From positions 1 to 49,658 of the forward strand of contig JBJMMQ010000128.1 of the NCBI GenBank assembly GCA_045804705.1: a DNA stretch of 49,658 bases, written 5' to 3'. A program made the position numbers and the translations under genes. The notes beneath the pieces are model-generated. The model saw nothing but the letters and a program-made list of their open reading frames with translations. It did no database searches and was not told the DNA's origin. This document shows, piece after piece, positions 19,539 to 27,638 of this stretch. Source of the DNA: Chloroflexota bacterium. GTDB lineage: Bacteria > Chloroflexota > Limnocylindria > Limnocylindrales > CSP1-4. How positions within the stretch are numbered: the stretch's first letter is position 1; each line of letters opens with the position of its first letter.

Positions 19539-19564
19539 GGGCCGGCAGACGGAGTCGCCGGCCC
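19539..19564 (-). terminator. Intercistronic GC hairpin between the permease and the GS-like gene
   Basis: GGGCCGGC-10 nt-GCCGGCCC is a perfect 8-bp stem. Only a TT follows on the minus strand, so it may be an RNA-stability or attenuation element rather than a full intrinsic terminator. Confidence 0.3.
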
Positions 19565-19575
19565 GTGGATGTCGG

Positions 19576-21282
19576 TCAGGCCGAGACGGTCCCGCCGACC
19601 TCGCCTGCCGCGTGGTCGAATTCGCGTTCGATCTCTGTCAGCTCCTCGCTGTCGCCCATGACGCGGGGACCCTTGAAGTTCCGCCGGGCGGAGGCGTAGT
19701 AGTACACGAGCAGGAAGGCCACGATGATGACCATGAACGGCAGGCTGATGTTGCCCGACGTCGGCCAGCTGAACAGGACCATCAGGACGAGCACCCAGAA
19801 GATGGCCGTCCAGGCGATGGGCTTGGACCAGCGGCCGAGGCTCCACGTCCGTTCCTTCAGCCAGTCCTCGGTCGTGGCCCCAAGGTAGATGCAGATGCCG
19901 TAGGCGGCGTAGAGGAAGATCGTGCTGACGGCCGTGATGATCACGACCGCGACGCCGGTCCCGACGACGAAGGCCGCGACCGAGAACAGCCACGCGATGA
20001 CGACCATCGCCGTCAGCGAGTTGGCCGGCGTCCGATAGCGGTGCGAGACCTTCTTGAGCCAGCCCGACCCGGGGATCCCGTCGTCGCGGCTGAACGCGTA
20101 GAGCATCCGACCGGCGGACGCCACCGATGACAGCCCGCAGAACGCCATCGCGATCGCGATGCCCGCGAGGAGAAGGTCACCGACCCCGAAGCCGGCGATG
20201 ACGATGGAGTCCAGGTTGTACTGGAGGATGCTGATCACCGCGTAGCCGTCGCCGAAGTAGTACTGGCTGGCACCCGCCTGGAGCGGCGACTCGAGCGTGG
20301 CGGGGAAGAGCGTCGAGAGACTCGGCAGGTGGGTCGTCAGGGCGAGCAGGAAGATGAAGCCGACGACCGCCGAGACGGCGACCGACAGGAAGATGCCCCA
20401 CGCGCTCGCGACTCGCGCACTCACGGTCTCTTCGGCGACGTGCGCCGAGGCGTCATAACCGGTATAGGTCCAGTTGGCCTGGAGCAGCGAGAAGAAGAAG
20501 GCGAGGACGATCGGGTAGGTGATCGCCGCGCCGTAGTCGAGCTTGAAGTCGCCCACCGCGTTCTGCCAGCTGCCGGCGACGTCCTGTGGTTGGATCGCGA
20601 ACAGCGTCAAGCCCGAGACGTCCGGCTTGCCGGCGATGAAGACCAGCAGCACCACCAGCGCGACGATGCCGATATGCCACCAGACGCTGACCTGGTTGAG
20701 CAGGGCGACGAGCCGGATGCCGGCGATGTTCAGGATGAGCTCGATGATCATGAGGATGCCCATCGTCACGAGGGCACCGGTCAGGACGATCGCGTCACCG
20801 ATCGCGAGGATCGTCGTCGTGTTGCCGTAGTCGACACCCATGTTGGCGAGGATCGGCGTGACGATCGTCGCGTTCAGGAAATTCGCGGCAGCCCAGTTGA
20901 TGCCGGCGACGATGGCGAACTGGCCGATGAGGTTGAGCCACGCGGTCCACCAGCCCCAGTTCTTGTTCTTCATGCGGCTGGCCCAGTAGTAGAGGCCGCC
21001 CGCGGTGGGATAGGCCGACGCGATCTCGCCCATGGATGCTGCGATGAGGAGCACGAACACGGTCACGAGGGGCCAGCCGAGCAGGACCGCCGATGTCCCG
21101 CCCCAGGCCAGGCCGTAGTCGTAGAGGATGACCGCGCCGGTCAGGATGCTGATGATGCTGAAGCTGATCGCGAAGTTGCTGAACCCGCCCATCGAGCGGA
21201 ACAGCTCCTGTGCGTAGCCGAGCTTGTGCAGGTCCGCGACGTCCTGTTTGATGACGTCGTCGCGGGATGTCGCCTGTGTCAT
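19576..21282 (-). CDS. Amino acid/polyamine/organocation (APC) superfamily permease
   Basis: About 568 aa with 12 or more TM helices. Motifs are GGFSNFAISFSIISILTG and EIASAYPTAGGLYYW. ATG 21282 (MTQATS) is preceded by GAGGGAGGA, so I prefer it over the track GTG at 21306. Confidence 0.85.
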   Translation of the reverse strand: MTQATSRDDVIKQDVADLHKLGYAQELFRSMGGFSNFAISFSIISILTGAVILYDYGLAWGGTSAVLLGWPLVTVFVLLIAASMGEIASAYPTAGGLYYWASRMKNKNWGWWTAWLNLIGQFAIVAGINWAAANFLNATIVTPILANMGVDYGNTTTILAIGDAIVLTGALVTMGILMIIELILNIAGIRLVALLNQVSVWWHIGIVALVVLLVFIAGKPDVSGLTLFAIQPQDVAGSWQNAVGDFKLDYGAAITYPIVLAFFFSLLQANWTYTGYDASAHVAEETVSARVASAWGIFLSVAVSAVVGFIFLLALTTHLPSLSTLFPATLESPLQAGASQYYFGDGYAVISILQYNLDSIVIAGFGVGDLLLAGIAIAMAFCGLSSVASAGRMLYAFSRDDGIPGSGWLKKVSHRYRTPANSLTAMVVIAWLFSVAAFVVGTGVAVVIITAVSTIFLYAAYGICIYLGATTEDWLKERTWSLGRWSKPIAWTAIFWVLVLMVLFSWPTSGNISLPFMVIIVAFLLVYYYASARRNFKGPRVMGDSEELTEIEREFDHAAGEVGGTVSA

Positions 21283-21524
21283 CGGTTCCTCCCTCACTCG
21301 AGCCACGGTCGTCGGGGCCGGCGACCGGGGAGGCGGCTGCAGCCCTGTGGGCGCGCCGCGCGGAACGCGGGGACGTGCTGGATGACGGGATGCTTAGCGG
21401 ACGGCCTTGGGCGCCGCCGATGCCGCGCTGGGGCGCGGGGTGTGTCGCTGGCCCTCCTTTCCGGATGATGCTCGCGGACTCGGCCGATGATACGGCCGGC
21501 CTCGGCGATTCGGAAGGCCGTGTC
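21283..21524 (-). promoter_or_regulatory. Long GC-rich 5' leader / promoter region of the permease-GS operon
   Basis: 242 nt without a credible ORF lie between the upstream gene stop (21525) and the permease start. The region contains several possible hairpins, for example GGCCG-N-CGGCC near 21480-21510. I recognised no known riboswitch consensus. Confidence 0.3.
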
Positions 21525-22307
21525 TCAGTAGAGCATCGTCGTCCCGGTAGGGAAGACGAACTCGAATGCGGTGGGCGGGAGTGATGTGTCCGGCCGAAGC
21601 TCGACGACCCGCGCATCGCGCGTGACTGTGCCGCCGATCGACTCCACGAGCCGGAGGATGACGCCGGTCTCGCGGTCGACCGCGATCGAGATGTGGAAGT
21701 CGGGTCGGTCGCCGGGCAGCTCCGTCGTCCGCGGATGGTCGCACTCGAGGAGGACCGCCTCCCGGCCGCCGACGATCTCGGTGCCGGTGACCATGCAACG
21801 GCCGGTCGAGAGCACGTTCTGGCAGTAGCCGGCGGGGTGGACGAAGGTGTCGGGCAGGGTCTCGGCTGGCAGCGGGGTGATCGGCTCGTAGACCTTCGAT
21901 GGCCCTGGGAAATCGCGGTCGGCGAGACCGCGCGGTCGATTGCGGATCGGGCGCTGGGTTCCGAGGCGATGCGTGCTCGAGTAGGTCCGGATGAGGTCGC
22001 CGTCCGAGATCCAGATCTCGTAGTCGCCGCGCACGCCTTCACCGGGCCTGGACGTCGTGACACGTGCATCGCCGGGGTGGCGAAGGACCGTATCCATCAA
22101 CATCAGCTCCTCGCCCCGCGAGGTCCCAGTCCGCTCCTCGATCCGCATCCGGAGCGTCGCGAGGCGGCATTCCGCGTCGCGCATGAAGTCGAACAGCTCG
22201 GCCACGGTCGGCAGCGTGTCAGGGAGCGCGACGACCTCGGGCAGGCGTCGACCGTCCACCGCGGCAGGAACCACGGCTGCGCGATCCCAGAGGCGGGTAT
22301 CGGTCAT
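21525..22307 (-). CDS. Hypothetical protein (possibly a LolA-like / lipoprotein-carrier-like fold; no signal peptide)
   Basis: 260 aa with high GC3 and a non-repetitive composition. No catalytic motif is recognised. Confidence 0.5.
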   Translation of the reverse strand: MTDTRLWDRAAVVPAAVDGRRLPEVVALPDTLPTVAELFDFMRDAECRLATLRMRIEERTGTSRGEELMLMDTVLRHPGDARVTTSRPGEGVRGDYEIWISDGDLIRTYSSTHRLGTQRPIRNRPRGLADRDFPGPSKVYEPITPLPAETLPDTFVHPAGYCQNVLSTGRCMVTGTEIVGGREAVLLECDHPRTTELPGDRPDFHISIAVDRETGVILRLVESIGGTVTRDARVVELRPDTSLPPTAFEFVFPTGTTMLY

Positions 22308-22372
22308 CGCGCGGATTGTAGCGGGGCCGTTCGGACCGTCGTCGGCCTACCCGGATAGCGTACCGTCGTTGC

Positions 22373-22779
22373 GTGGACGGACGAGCACGGAATCTGTTTC
22401 CGTTGCTCCTCGCGTTGGCCGTCACGGCCTGCGGCTTCGGCGCGAGCGCATCGAGTCCGTCGTCGCCGCTTCTTCCGCCGCCGGCCCCGTGGTCGACCGA
22501 TCCCTGACGGCCAAGGATCTCGAGCTGCATCCCGCCGAGCTGACCGCGCCGTCCGGCTCGGTCATCGCCCTCGCGTTCGACAACGCGGATCCGGATGTCC
22601 CACACGGACTCGCGCTCTATGGCGATGCGGCGCACACCGTCACCCTCGGAACCGCCGAGGTCATCGTCGGTCCCGCGCATCAGGTCTTCCGGATCGCCGC
22701 GCTCCCGCCTGGGCGATACCAGTTCTCGTGCGTCGTCCATCCGGCGACCATGGTCGCCGACCTGGTCATCGAACCCTGA
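22373..22779 (+). pseudogene. Blue-copper (cupredoxin, type-1 Cu) lipoprotein with an apparent 1-nt frameshift between signal peptide and domain
   Basis: The frame starting at GTG 22373 reads VDGRARNLFPLLLALAVTACGFGASASSPSSPLLPPPAPWSTDP*, with lipobox VTAC. The next frame continues ...GPVVDRSLTAKDLELHPAELTAPSGSVIALAFDNADPDVPHGLALYG...YQFSCVVHPATMVADLVIEP, carrying the His...Cys-x2-His-x3-Met copper ligands. The frames meet at a C4 run (22485-22488). Confidence 0.55.
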
Positions 22780-22790
22780 CCGGTTTTGCC

Positions 22791-24203
22791 TCAGCCGCCG
22801 GCCGGGCCGCCGCCGAGGCCGGGCTCCGTCATCGCGGCCGGATCGAGCAGCCGGTCCAGCTCGTCGGCATCCATCCCTCGCTCGAGCGCAAGCTCCCGGA
22901 TGGTCCGGCCAGACTTCAGGGCCGATTTCGCGAGCGCGGCCGCATCGTCGTAACCGATCACCGGAGCGAGGGCGGTGGCGAGCATCAGCCCCTGCTCGAC
23001 GAGCGCCGGGCCACGTTCTGTTGCGGTCAGTCCTTCGACGCAGCGGGCGCTGAGGTTGTCCGTCGCAGCCGCGAGCAAGGTGATCGACTCGAGGAGGGCG
23101 TCCGCCGTCACCGGCAACATCACGTTGAGCTCGAGGAAGCTGCCGGTCTGGCCGAACGCCACGGTCGCATCGTTGCCGACGACGCGAGCGACGACCTGGG
23201 TCAGGCTCTCGATGATCACCGGGTTCACCTTGCCGGGCATGATGCTGGACCCGGGCTGCGTCTCGGGCAGCGCGATCTCCGAGATGCCGGCACGGGGGCC
23301 CATGCCCATCAGCCGCAGGTCCGAGCCGATCTTCCAAAGGCTGAGGGCGATCGTCCGGATCGCCCCGTGCGCGGCGATGGCCGCGTCGATCGTGGACTGC
23401 GCATGGAAGTGGTTCGAGGTTTCGCGCACGGTCAGGCCGGTCAGCGTCGACAGGCGGGCGCACGCTCGCAGCGCGTATTCAGGATGGGCATTGATGCCGG
23501 TCCCCACGGCGGTCCCGCCGAGCGGCACCTCGAGCAGCTCCGCCTGCGCGGCGCGTGCCCGGCGCAGCGCGTTCTCGATCTGCCCGGCATAGCCGCGGAA
23601 CTCCTGACCGAGGCGGATCGGCGTCGCGTCCTGGAGATGCGTCCGTCCGGTCTTGACGACGGGCCAGAACTCCTGCTCCTTCGCGACGAGCGCGGTGTGG
23701 AGCCGCTCGAGCGCAGGGAGCAGCTCCTCCTCGATGGCGACCGCCGCGGAAAGTTGCAGTGCCGTCGGGATCGTGTCGTTCGAGCTCTGGCAGCGGTTGA
23801 CGTCGTCGTTGGGATGGATCTTCCGGCCGTTCCCGAGCCGAGCGGCGGCCAGGTGGGCGACGACCTCGTTCATGTTGGTATTGGTCGAGGTTCCCGACCC
23901 CGTCTGGTAGATATCGATCGGGAACTGGTCGACATGGTCGCCGTCGGCGACCGATGCGGCCGCTGCGGCGATCGCGTCGGCGACGTCGGGCTCGAGCAGT
24001 CCCAGCTCCCGGTTCGTCTCCGCGGCCGCAAGCTTGACGAGGGCGAGTGCCCGCAGGAATCGGCGGGGCATCCGTTCGCCCGAGATCGGGAAGTTCAGGA
24101 CCGCCCGCTGGGTCGAGGCGCCGTAGAGGGCGTCGGCCGGCACTTCCATCTCGCCCATCGAATCACGCTCGATCCGCGTCGCGGCCGGCGGTGTGTCCGT
24201 CAT
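22791..24203 (-). CDS. Class II fumarate hydratase / aspartate ammonia-lyase family enzyme (more FumC-like)
   Basis: 470 aa from ATG 24203 (MTDTPPAATRIERDSMGEMEVPADALYGASTQRAV). Motifs are QTGSGTSTNTNMNEV, HPNDDVNRCQSSND and the signature GSSIMPGKVNP. Confidence 0.85.
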   Translation of the reverse strand: MTDTPPAATRIERDSMGEMEVPADALYGASTQRAVLNFPISGERMPRRFLRALALVKLAAAETNRELGLLEPDVADAIAAAAASVADGDHVDQFPIDIYQTGSGTSTNTNMNEVVAHLAAARLGNGRKIHPNDDVNRCQSSNDTIPTALQLSAAVAIEEELLPALERLHTALVAKEQEFWPVVKTGRTHLQDATPIRLGQEFRGYAGQIENALRRARAAQAELLEVPLGGTAVGTGINAHPEYALRACARLSTLTGLTVRETSNHFHAQSTIDAAIAAHGAIRTIALSLWKIGSDLRLMGMGPRAGISEIALPETQPGSSIMPGKVNPVIIESLTQVVARVVGNDATVAFGQTGSFLELNVMLPVTADALLESITLLAAATDNLSARCVEGLTATERGPALVEQGLMLATALAPVIGYDDAAALAKSALKSGRTIRELALERGMDADELDRLLDPAAMTEPGLGGGPAGG

Positions 24204-24234
24204 GGACCGGATTGTATGTCGGGCGTTGGCCGGG

Positions 24235-24387
24235 CTAGGGCACCGGCGGAGGTGGAGTCGCGTTCGAATCGGACCGGGCGCAGTCGCCGGGGTAGGAGGC
24301 CACCTCGGCCAACGTCGAATCCTTGTCCACGACCGTGATGACAAGCTGGCCATCCGCATGGGCGAACGGTGTCCCCTTGACGATCAC
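24235..24387 (-). CDS. 50-codon coding segment: either a GTGA-coupled small ORF or the frameshifted C-terminal extension of the anti-sigma factor
   Basis: It reads VIVKGTPFAHADGQLVITVVDKDSTLAEVASYPGDCARSDSNATPPPPVP* with strongly G/C-biased third positions. The GTG overlaps the anti-sigma TGA. The same frame is reachable from the anti-sigma frame by adding 1 nt to the G6/C6 run at 24408-24413. Confidence 0.4.
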   Translation of the reverse strand: MIVKGTPFAHADGQLVITVVDKDSTLAEVASYPGDCARSDSNATPPPPVP

Positions 24388-25217
24388 GGTACCGGTACCG
24401 GCTTGGGCCCCCCGCCGCCCGCGGCGCCGGGCTTGGCCGCGCCGATCGGCGTCGTGGCCAGAGTGACACCCGCGAGATGGAGGCGGGCCGGCTTGCCGGT
24501 CGGATCGGTGAAGGCGACGTCCTGATCTCCCGTCCAGGCGTTCCCGGCCAGCGCCTTGAAGAAGAACCCTCGCGCGGTCAGCCACTCGCCGCGCGGCGCG
24601 CCGTCGTAGATCCGGATCTCGTCGACCCAGTACGAAGAGCCGTCGCCTCTGAAGTAGAGATTCATGCGCATCTCGACGCCGTTCTCCAGCCAGGTCGCCT
24701 CGAGAGTCCGGTAGGTCGGCGTGCCCGGGTCCGAATTCAGACCCAAATTCGGTGTCGTCGCCCGGAACGTCTTGCCGCCGACGTCGATCGAGAACTCGCG
24801 AGCGGTCAAGGCCACGACCTTGGTCTTCCACTCGATCTGGTTGCCGGCTTTCTCGGCTGGCCCGTTCGACGGGCCCGCGACGGGCGGCACTCCAGCGCGA
24901 CCGCCGACCCCGAGCACTCCCGCTCCGAGCGCGCCCAGCAGCAGCGCCGCGAAGACGGCGATCCCGACCCACCGACCGATCGGATTCGAACCCCGTCCGT
25001 GCTCCGCCGCGATCGCGACGTTCGCGCGGACGGAGATCGGCACGGGGCCCGTGTCGAGGCCGCCGAGGGCCGCCGCGTCACTTCGCATCGAGGCAGCGAA
25101 GGCTCGGCACGAGGCACACCCGTCCAGGTGCGCCGAGAGTGCCTCCTCGTCCGGCGAGTCGAGGGTGAAATCGAGCGAGGTTGCGAACGACCGACGGGCG
25201 GTCTCGTGGTCGATCAC
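24384..25217 (-). CDS. Anti-sigma factor, zf-HC2 type, single-pass membrane protein with extracytoplasmic domain
   Basis: N-terminal HLDGCASC (HxxxCxxC), a TM helix WVGIAVFAALLLGALGAGVL, a roughly 150-aa external domain and a Gly/Pro tail. The start overlaps the sigma factor stop. Confidence 0.75.
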   Translation of the reverse strand: MIDHETARRSFATSLDFTLDSPDEEALSAHLDGCASCRAFAASMRSDAAALGGLDTGPVPISVRANVAIAAEHGRGSNPIGRWVGIAVFAALLLGALGAGVLGVGGRAGVPPVAGPSNGPAEKAGNQIEWKTKVVALTAREFSIDVGGKTFRATTPNLGLNSDPGTPTYRTLEATWLENGVEMRMNLYFRGDGSSYWVDEIRIYDGAPRGEWLTARGFFFKALAGNAWTGDQDVAFTDPTGKPARLHLAGVTLATTPIGAAKPGAAGGGGPKPVPVP

Positions 25218-25777
25218 GCGGAGACCTCCGTTCCTTCGAGCCGGTCGCGAAGCCGGAGCCGGGCGCGGCAGATGAGGGACCGCGTCGCTAGCTCGGTCCG
25301 GCCCAGCGCATCGGCGACCTCACGGCCGCTGAAACCGTGCGCCGCAAGCAGGAGCGCGGTCCGTGCGTCGACCGGTAGCTCCGAGAGCGCGGCCCACACC
25401 TCGCGCCGCATCTCGCCTCGAAGGTACGTGTCGTCCGGCGGCGGTTCGGTCCGATGGTCGACGAGCCGGCCGAGGACGCGGGTCACGACCGTCCTGTGCC
25501 GGCCGCCGTCGACGACGAGGTTGGTCGCGACCCGGTACAGCCACGCGCGCGGCTGGTCCGGTGTCCGGCCCCGGCGGACCTCCTCGATCAACCGCAGGAA
25601 CGTCTCGGACAGGATGTCCTCCGCGGCACGCGGGTCGCGTTCGATGGCGGAGATGAATGAGGCGAGCTCGCGATGGTGGGCGTCGTAGATCGGGAGGACC
25701 GTGCCCGTGACGTCGTTCGATCGGCCCGCCCGCGAGATGCTCACTGAGGCGGTTCCCTCCCGTTCGCTCATGTCCAT
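25214..25777 (-). CDS. ECF-type RNA polymerase sigma factor
   Basis: Region 2 reads PRAWLYRVATNLVVD. Region 4 reads LPVDARTALLLAAHGFSGREVADALGRTELATRSLICRARLRL. Confidence 0.8.
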   Translation of the reverse strand: MDMSEREGTASVSISRAGRSNDVTGTVLPIYDAHHRELASFISAIERDPRAAEDILSETFLRLIEEVRRGRTPDQPRAWLYRVATNLVVDGGRHRTVVTRVLGRLVDHRTEPPPDDTYLRGEMRREVWAALSELPVDARTALLLAAHGFSGREVADALGRTELATRSLICRARLRLRDRLEGTEVSA

Positions 25778-25779
25778 CG

Positions 25780-25804
25780 GACGGCCGGGAGCCGGATCTG
25801 TTGC
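25780..25804 (-). promoter_or_regulatory. Possible autoregulated ECF-type promoter (GCAAC-N16-CGTC)
   Basis: The minus strand reads tGCAACagatccggctcccggcCGTCcgATGgacATG. It resembles the GGAAC-N16/17-CGTC ECF consensus. It sits so close to the start codons that a leaderless transcript would be implied. Confidence 0.25.
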
Positions 25805-25871
25805 ACAGCGAGATCGTCGCTGGTCATGGCCGTCGGCGTCGGGTCAGGCATTCTCGGCCTAGACTCTCGGC

Positions 25872-26429
25872 GTGAACGCCTCTTCGAGCGCTGGCGCTGC
25901 CGCCGAGATCGACTCGGACACGTTCCGCCGCGTGATGGGTCATTTCGTCACCGGCGTCACCGTCGTGACCGCGCTCGACGACGCACGTCCCTTCGGGATC
26001 ACCGTGAACGCGTTGAGCTCCGTCTCGCTCGATCCGCCGCTGGTCATGGTCGCCCTCGACCGTCGCCGCTTCCTGACGCCGATCGTCCGCGCGGCCGGTC
26101 GTTATGGCGTCAGCATCTTGTCGGAGGATCAGCAGGCGCTGTCCGATTGCTTCGCCGGCGCCCCCGTCGAGCCTGGCCGGCTCGATTTCTGCGGCGCGTC
26201 CTGGCATGCCGGACCGACCGGTCTGCCTCTGCTCGACGAGGCGATCGCGACGCTCGAGTGCACCGTCGTCGGCACGTTCTCGGCGGGAGACCACGACCTG
26301 TTCATCGGTCACGTCGATTCGCTCGCCAACGACCCGCAGCACCCGATGCCGCTCATCTACTACCGCCGCCGGTATCTCCGGATCGAAGGGTCCGAGACGA
26401 CCGAAGTGGAGGGCAAGCCGGAGGGTTAG
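25872..26429 (+). CDS. Flavin reductase-like, FMN-binding (HpaC/NtaB-type)
   Basis: FRRVMGHFVTGVTVVT...GITVNALSSVSLDPPLVMVAL...GDHDLFIGHV is the flavin_reduct domain pattern. It uses a GTG start. TAGACT lies 6 nt upstream. Confidence 0.8.
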   Translation: MNASSSAGAAAEIDSDTFRRVMGHFVTGVTVVTALDDARPFGITVNALSSVSLDPPLVMVALDRRRFLTPIVRAAGRYGVSILSEDQQALSDCFAGAPVEPGRLDFCGASWHAGPTGLPLLDEAIATLECTVVGTFSAGDHDLFIGHVDSLANDPQHPMPLIYYRRRYLRIEGSETTEVEGKPEG

Positions 26430-26441
26430 CATCGGCGGACC

Positions 26442-27254
26442 ATGCCGACGATCCGTGCCAACGACCTCGACGTCGGCTTCGAGATGCGCGGCAGCGGCCC
26501 GCCGCTGGTCATCGTGCACGGAGCCGCGACGACAGCGTCATATACGTTCGGACGACAGCTACCAGCGTTGGCCTCCGCGTTCCAGGTCATCCTGCCCGAC
26601 GCACGCGGCCACGGCTCGACACGCTGGGACGTCGCCCGTGGTTTTCGGGCGGAGCTGCTGGTCGACGACCTTGCGGCATTCGTTGACGCGCTCGGTCTCG
26701 CGACATTCCACCTCGTCGGCTACTCGATGGGCGGCATGACCGCGCTCGGGTACGCCGTTCGGCATCCCGAACGGTTGCGCACGCTCGTCGTCGCTGGGAT
26801 CACGACCGCCCGGGAACCGCGCGCGTCCGTCGTCCGACGGCTGATGGACCCGGATCGGATCCAACGGGACGAACCGGCCTGGGCCGCCGACCTCGCGCGG
26901 CTCGACGAGACGCAGGGATCGGGTGCCTGGCGGCGGCTCGTGACGGCCGTCGCCGACGATGTCGCCGCCCAGCCGCTCCTGACTCCACCCGAGATCCGCC
27001 GCATCACGGCGCCGACGCTCGTCATGTGCGGCGACCGCGACCCGCTCGTTCCGGTCGACCAGGCGGCAACGCTCGCGCGCGCTGTCCGCGACGGGCGTCT
27101 GCTCGTCGCCCCCGGTGCCGGTCACGACCTGACGAACGAGCAGCCCGAGCTGTGCGCGACCGCTCTGCAGGCCTTCTATCGTTCGACGGAGGACATCGCG
27201 TCGGCCAGGGCCCGCGCAGCCGCTCCCGACGCCGCAGCGGAGGTTCCCCCATGA
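26442..27254 (+). CDS. Alpha/beta-fold hydrolase
   Basis: HG oxyanion motif (LVIVHGAA), nucleophile elbow GYSMGG, and late Asp/His (GDRDPLVP, GAGHDL). Confidence 0.8.
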   Translation: MPTIRANDLDVGFEMRGSGPPLVIVHGAATTASYTFGRQLPALASAFQVILPDARGHGSTRWDVARGFRAELLVDDLAAFVDALGLATFHLVGYSMGGMTALGYAVRHPERLRTLVVAGITTAREPRASVVRRLMDPDRIQRDEPAWAADLARLDETQGSGAWRRLVTAVADDVAAQPLLTPPEIRRITAPTLVMCGDRDPLVPVDQAATLARAVRDGRLLVAPGAGHDLTNEQPELCATALQAFYRSTEDIASARARAAAPDAAAEVPP

Positions 27255-27604
27255 CCACCTTGCTCGCGCTCTATCGCCGGCCCGATGGCGGATCCGAGGC
27301 TCAGGCGACCTTCGAGAGCCGCTACACCACGGAGCACCTGCCGCTCGTCGCAGGGACGCCCGGGCTCCGCGAGACGCGCGTGCAGCGGGTCGTCGAGGCC
27401 CTCGGTGCCGAGACGGACCTCATCCTTGCGACGTGGATGCGTTTCGATGACCGAGAGTCGCTGGACGCTGGGCTGCGCTCCGACGCGATGCGTGCTGCGG
27501 GCCGAAACCTGCGTGAGATCGCGCCGGGACTCTCGACGCTGTACGTGCTCGAAGATGTGCCGGAGATGACGGCGGCGGCTTCCCGCGGCATGGATACTGT
27601 CTGA
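27251..27604 (+). CDS. EthD-family protein
   Basis: 117 aa from ATG 27251, which overlaps the hydrolase stop. MTTLLALYRRPDGG...FESRYTTEHLPLVAGTPGL...RFDDRESL matches the EthD/TIGR02118-type pattern. Confidence 0.65.
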   Translation: MTTLLALYRRPDGGSEAQATFESRYTTEHLPLVAGTPGLRETRVQRVVEALGAETDLILATWMRFDDRESLDAGLRSDAMRAAGRNLREIAPGLSTLYVLEDVPEMTAAASRGMDTV

Positions 27605-27638
27605 ACGCAGTCGCTGGCCGAAGTCGAGGAGCGTTCGT

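Noticed and set aside
25872-26429. Flavin reductase considered as the missing PaaE subunit
   Set aside because: It is a 185-aa HpaC-like flavin_reduct domain. It has neither the FNR-like NAD/FAD module nor the plant-type 2Fe-2S Cys motif of PaaE. It can be proposed only as a functional substitute, not annotated as paaE.
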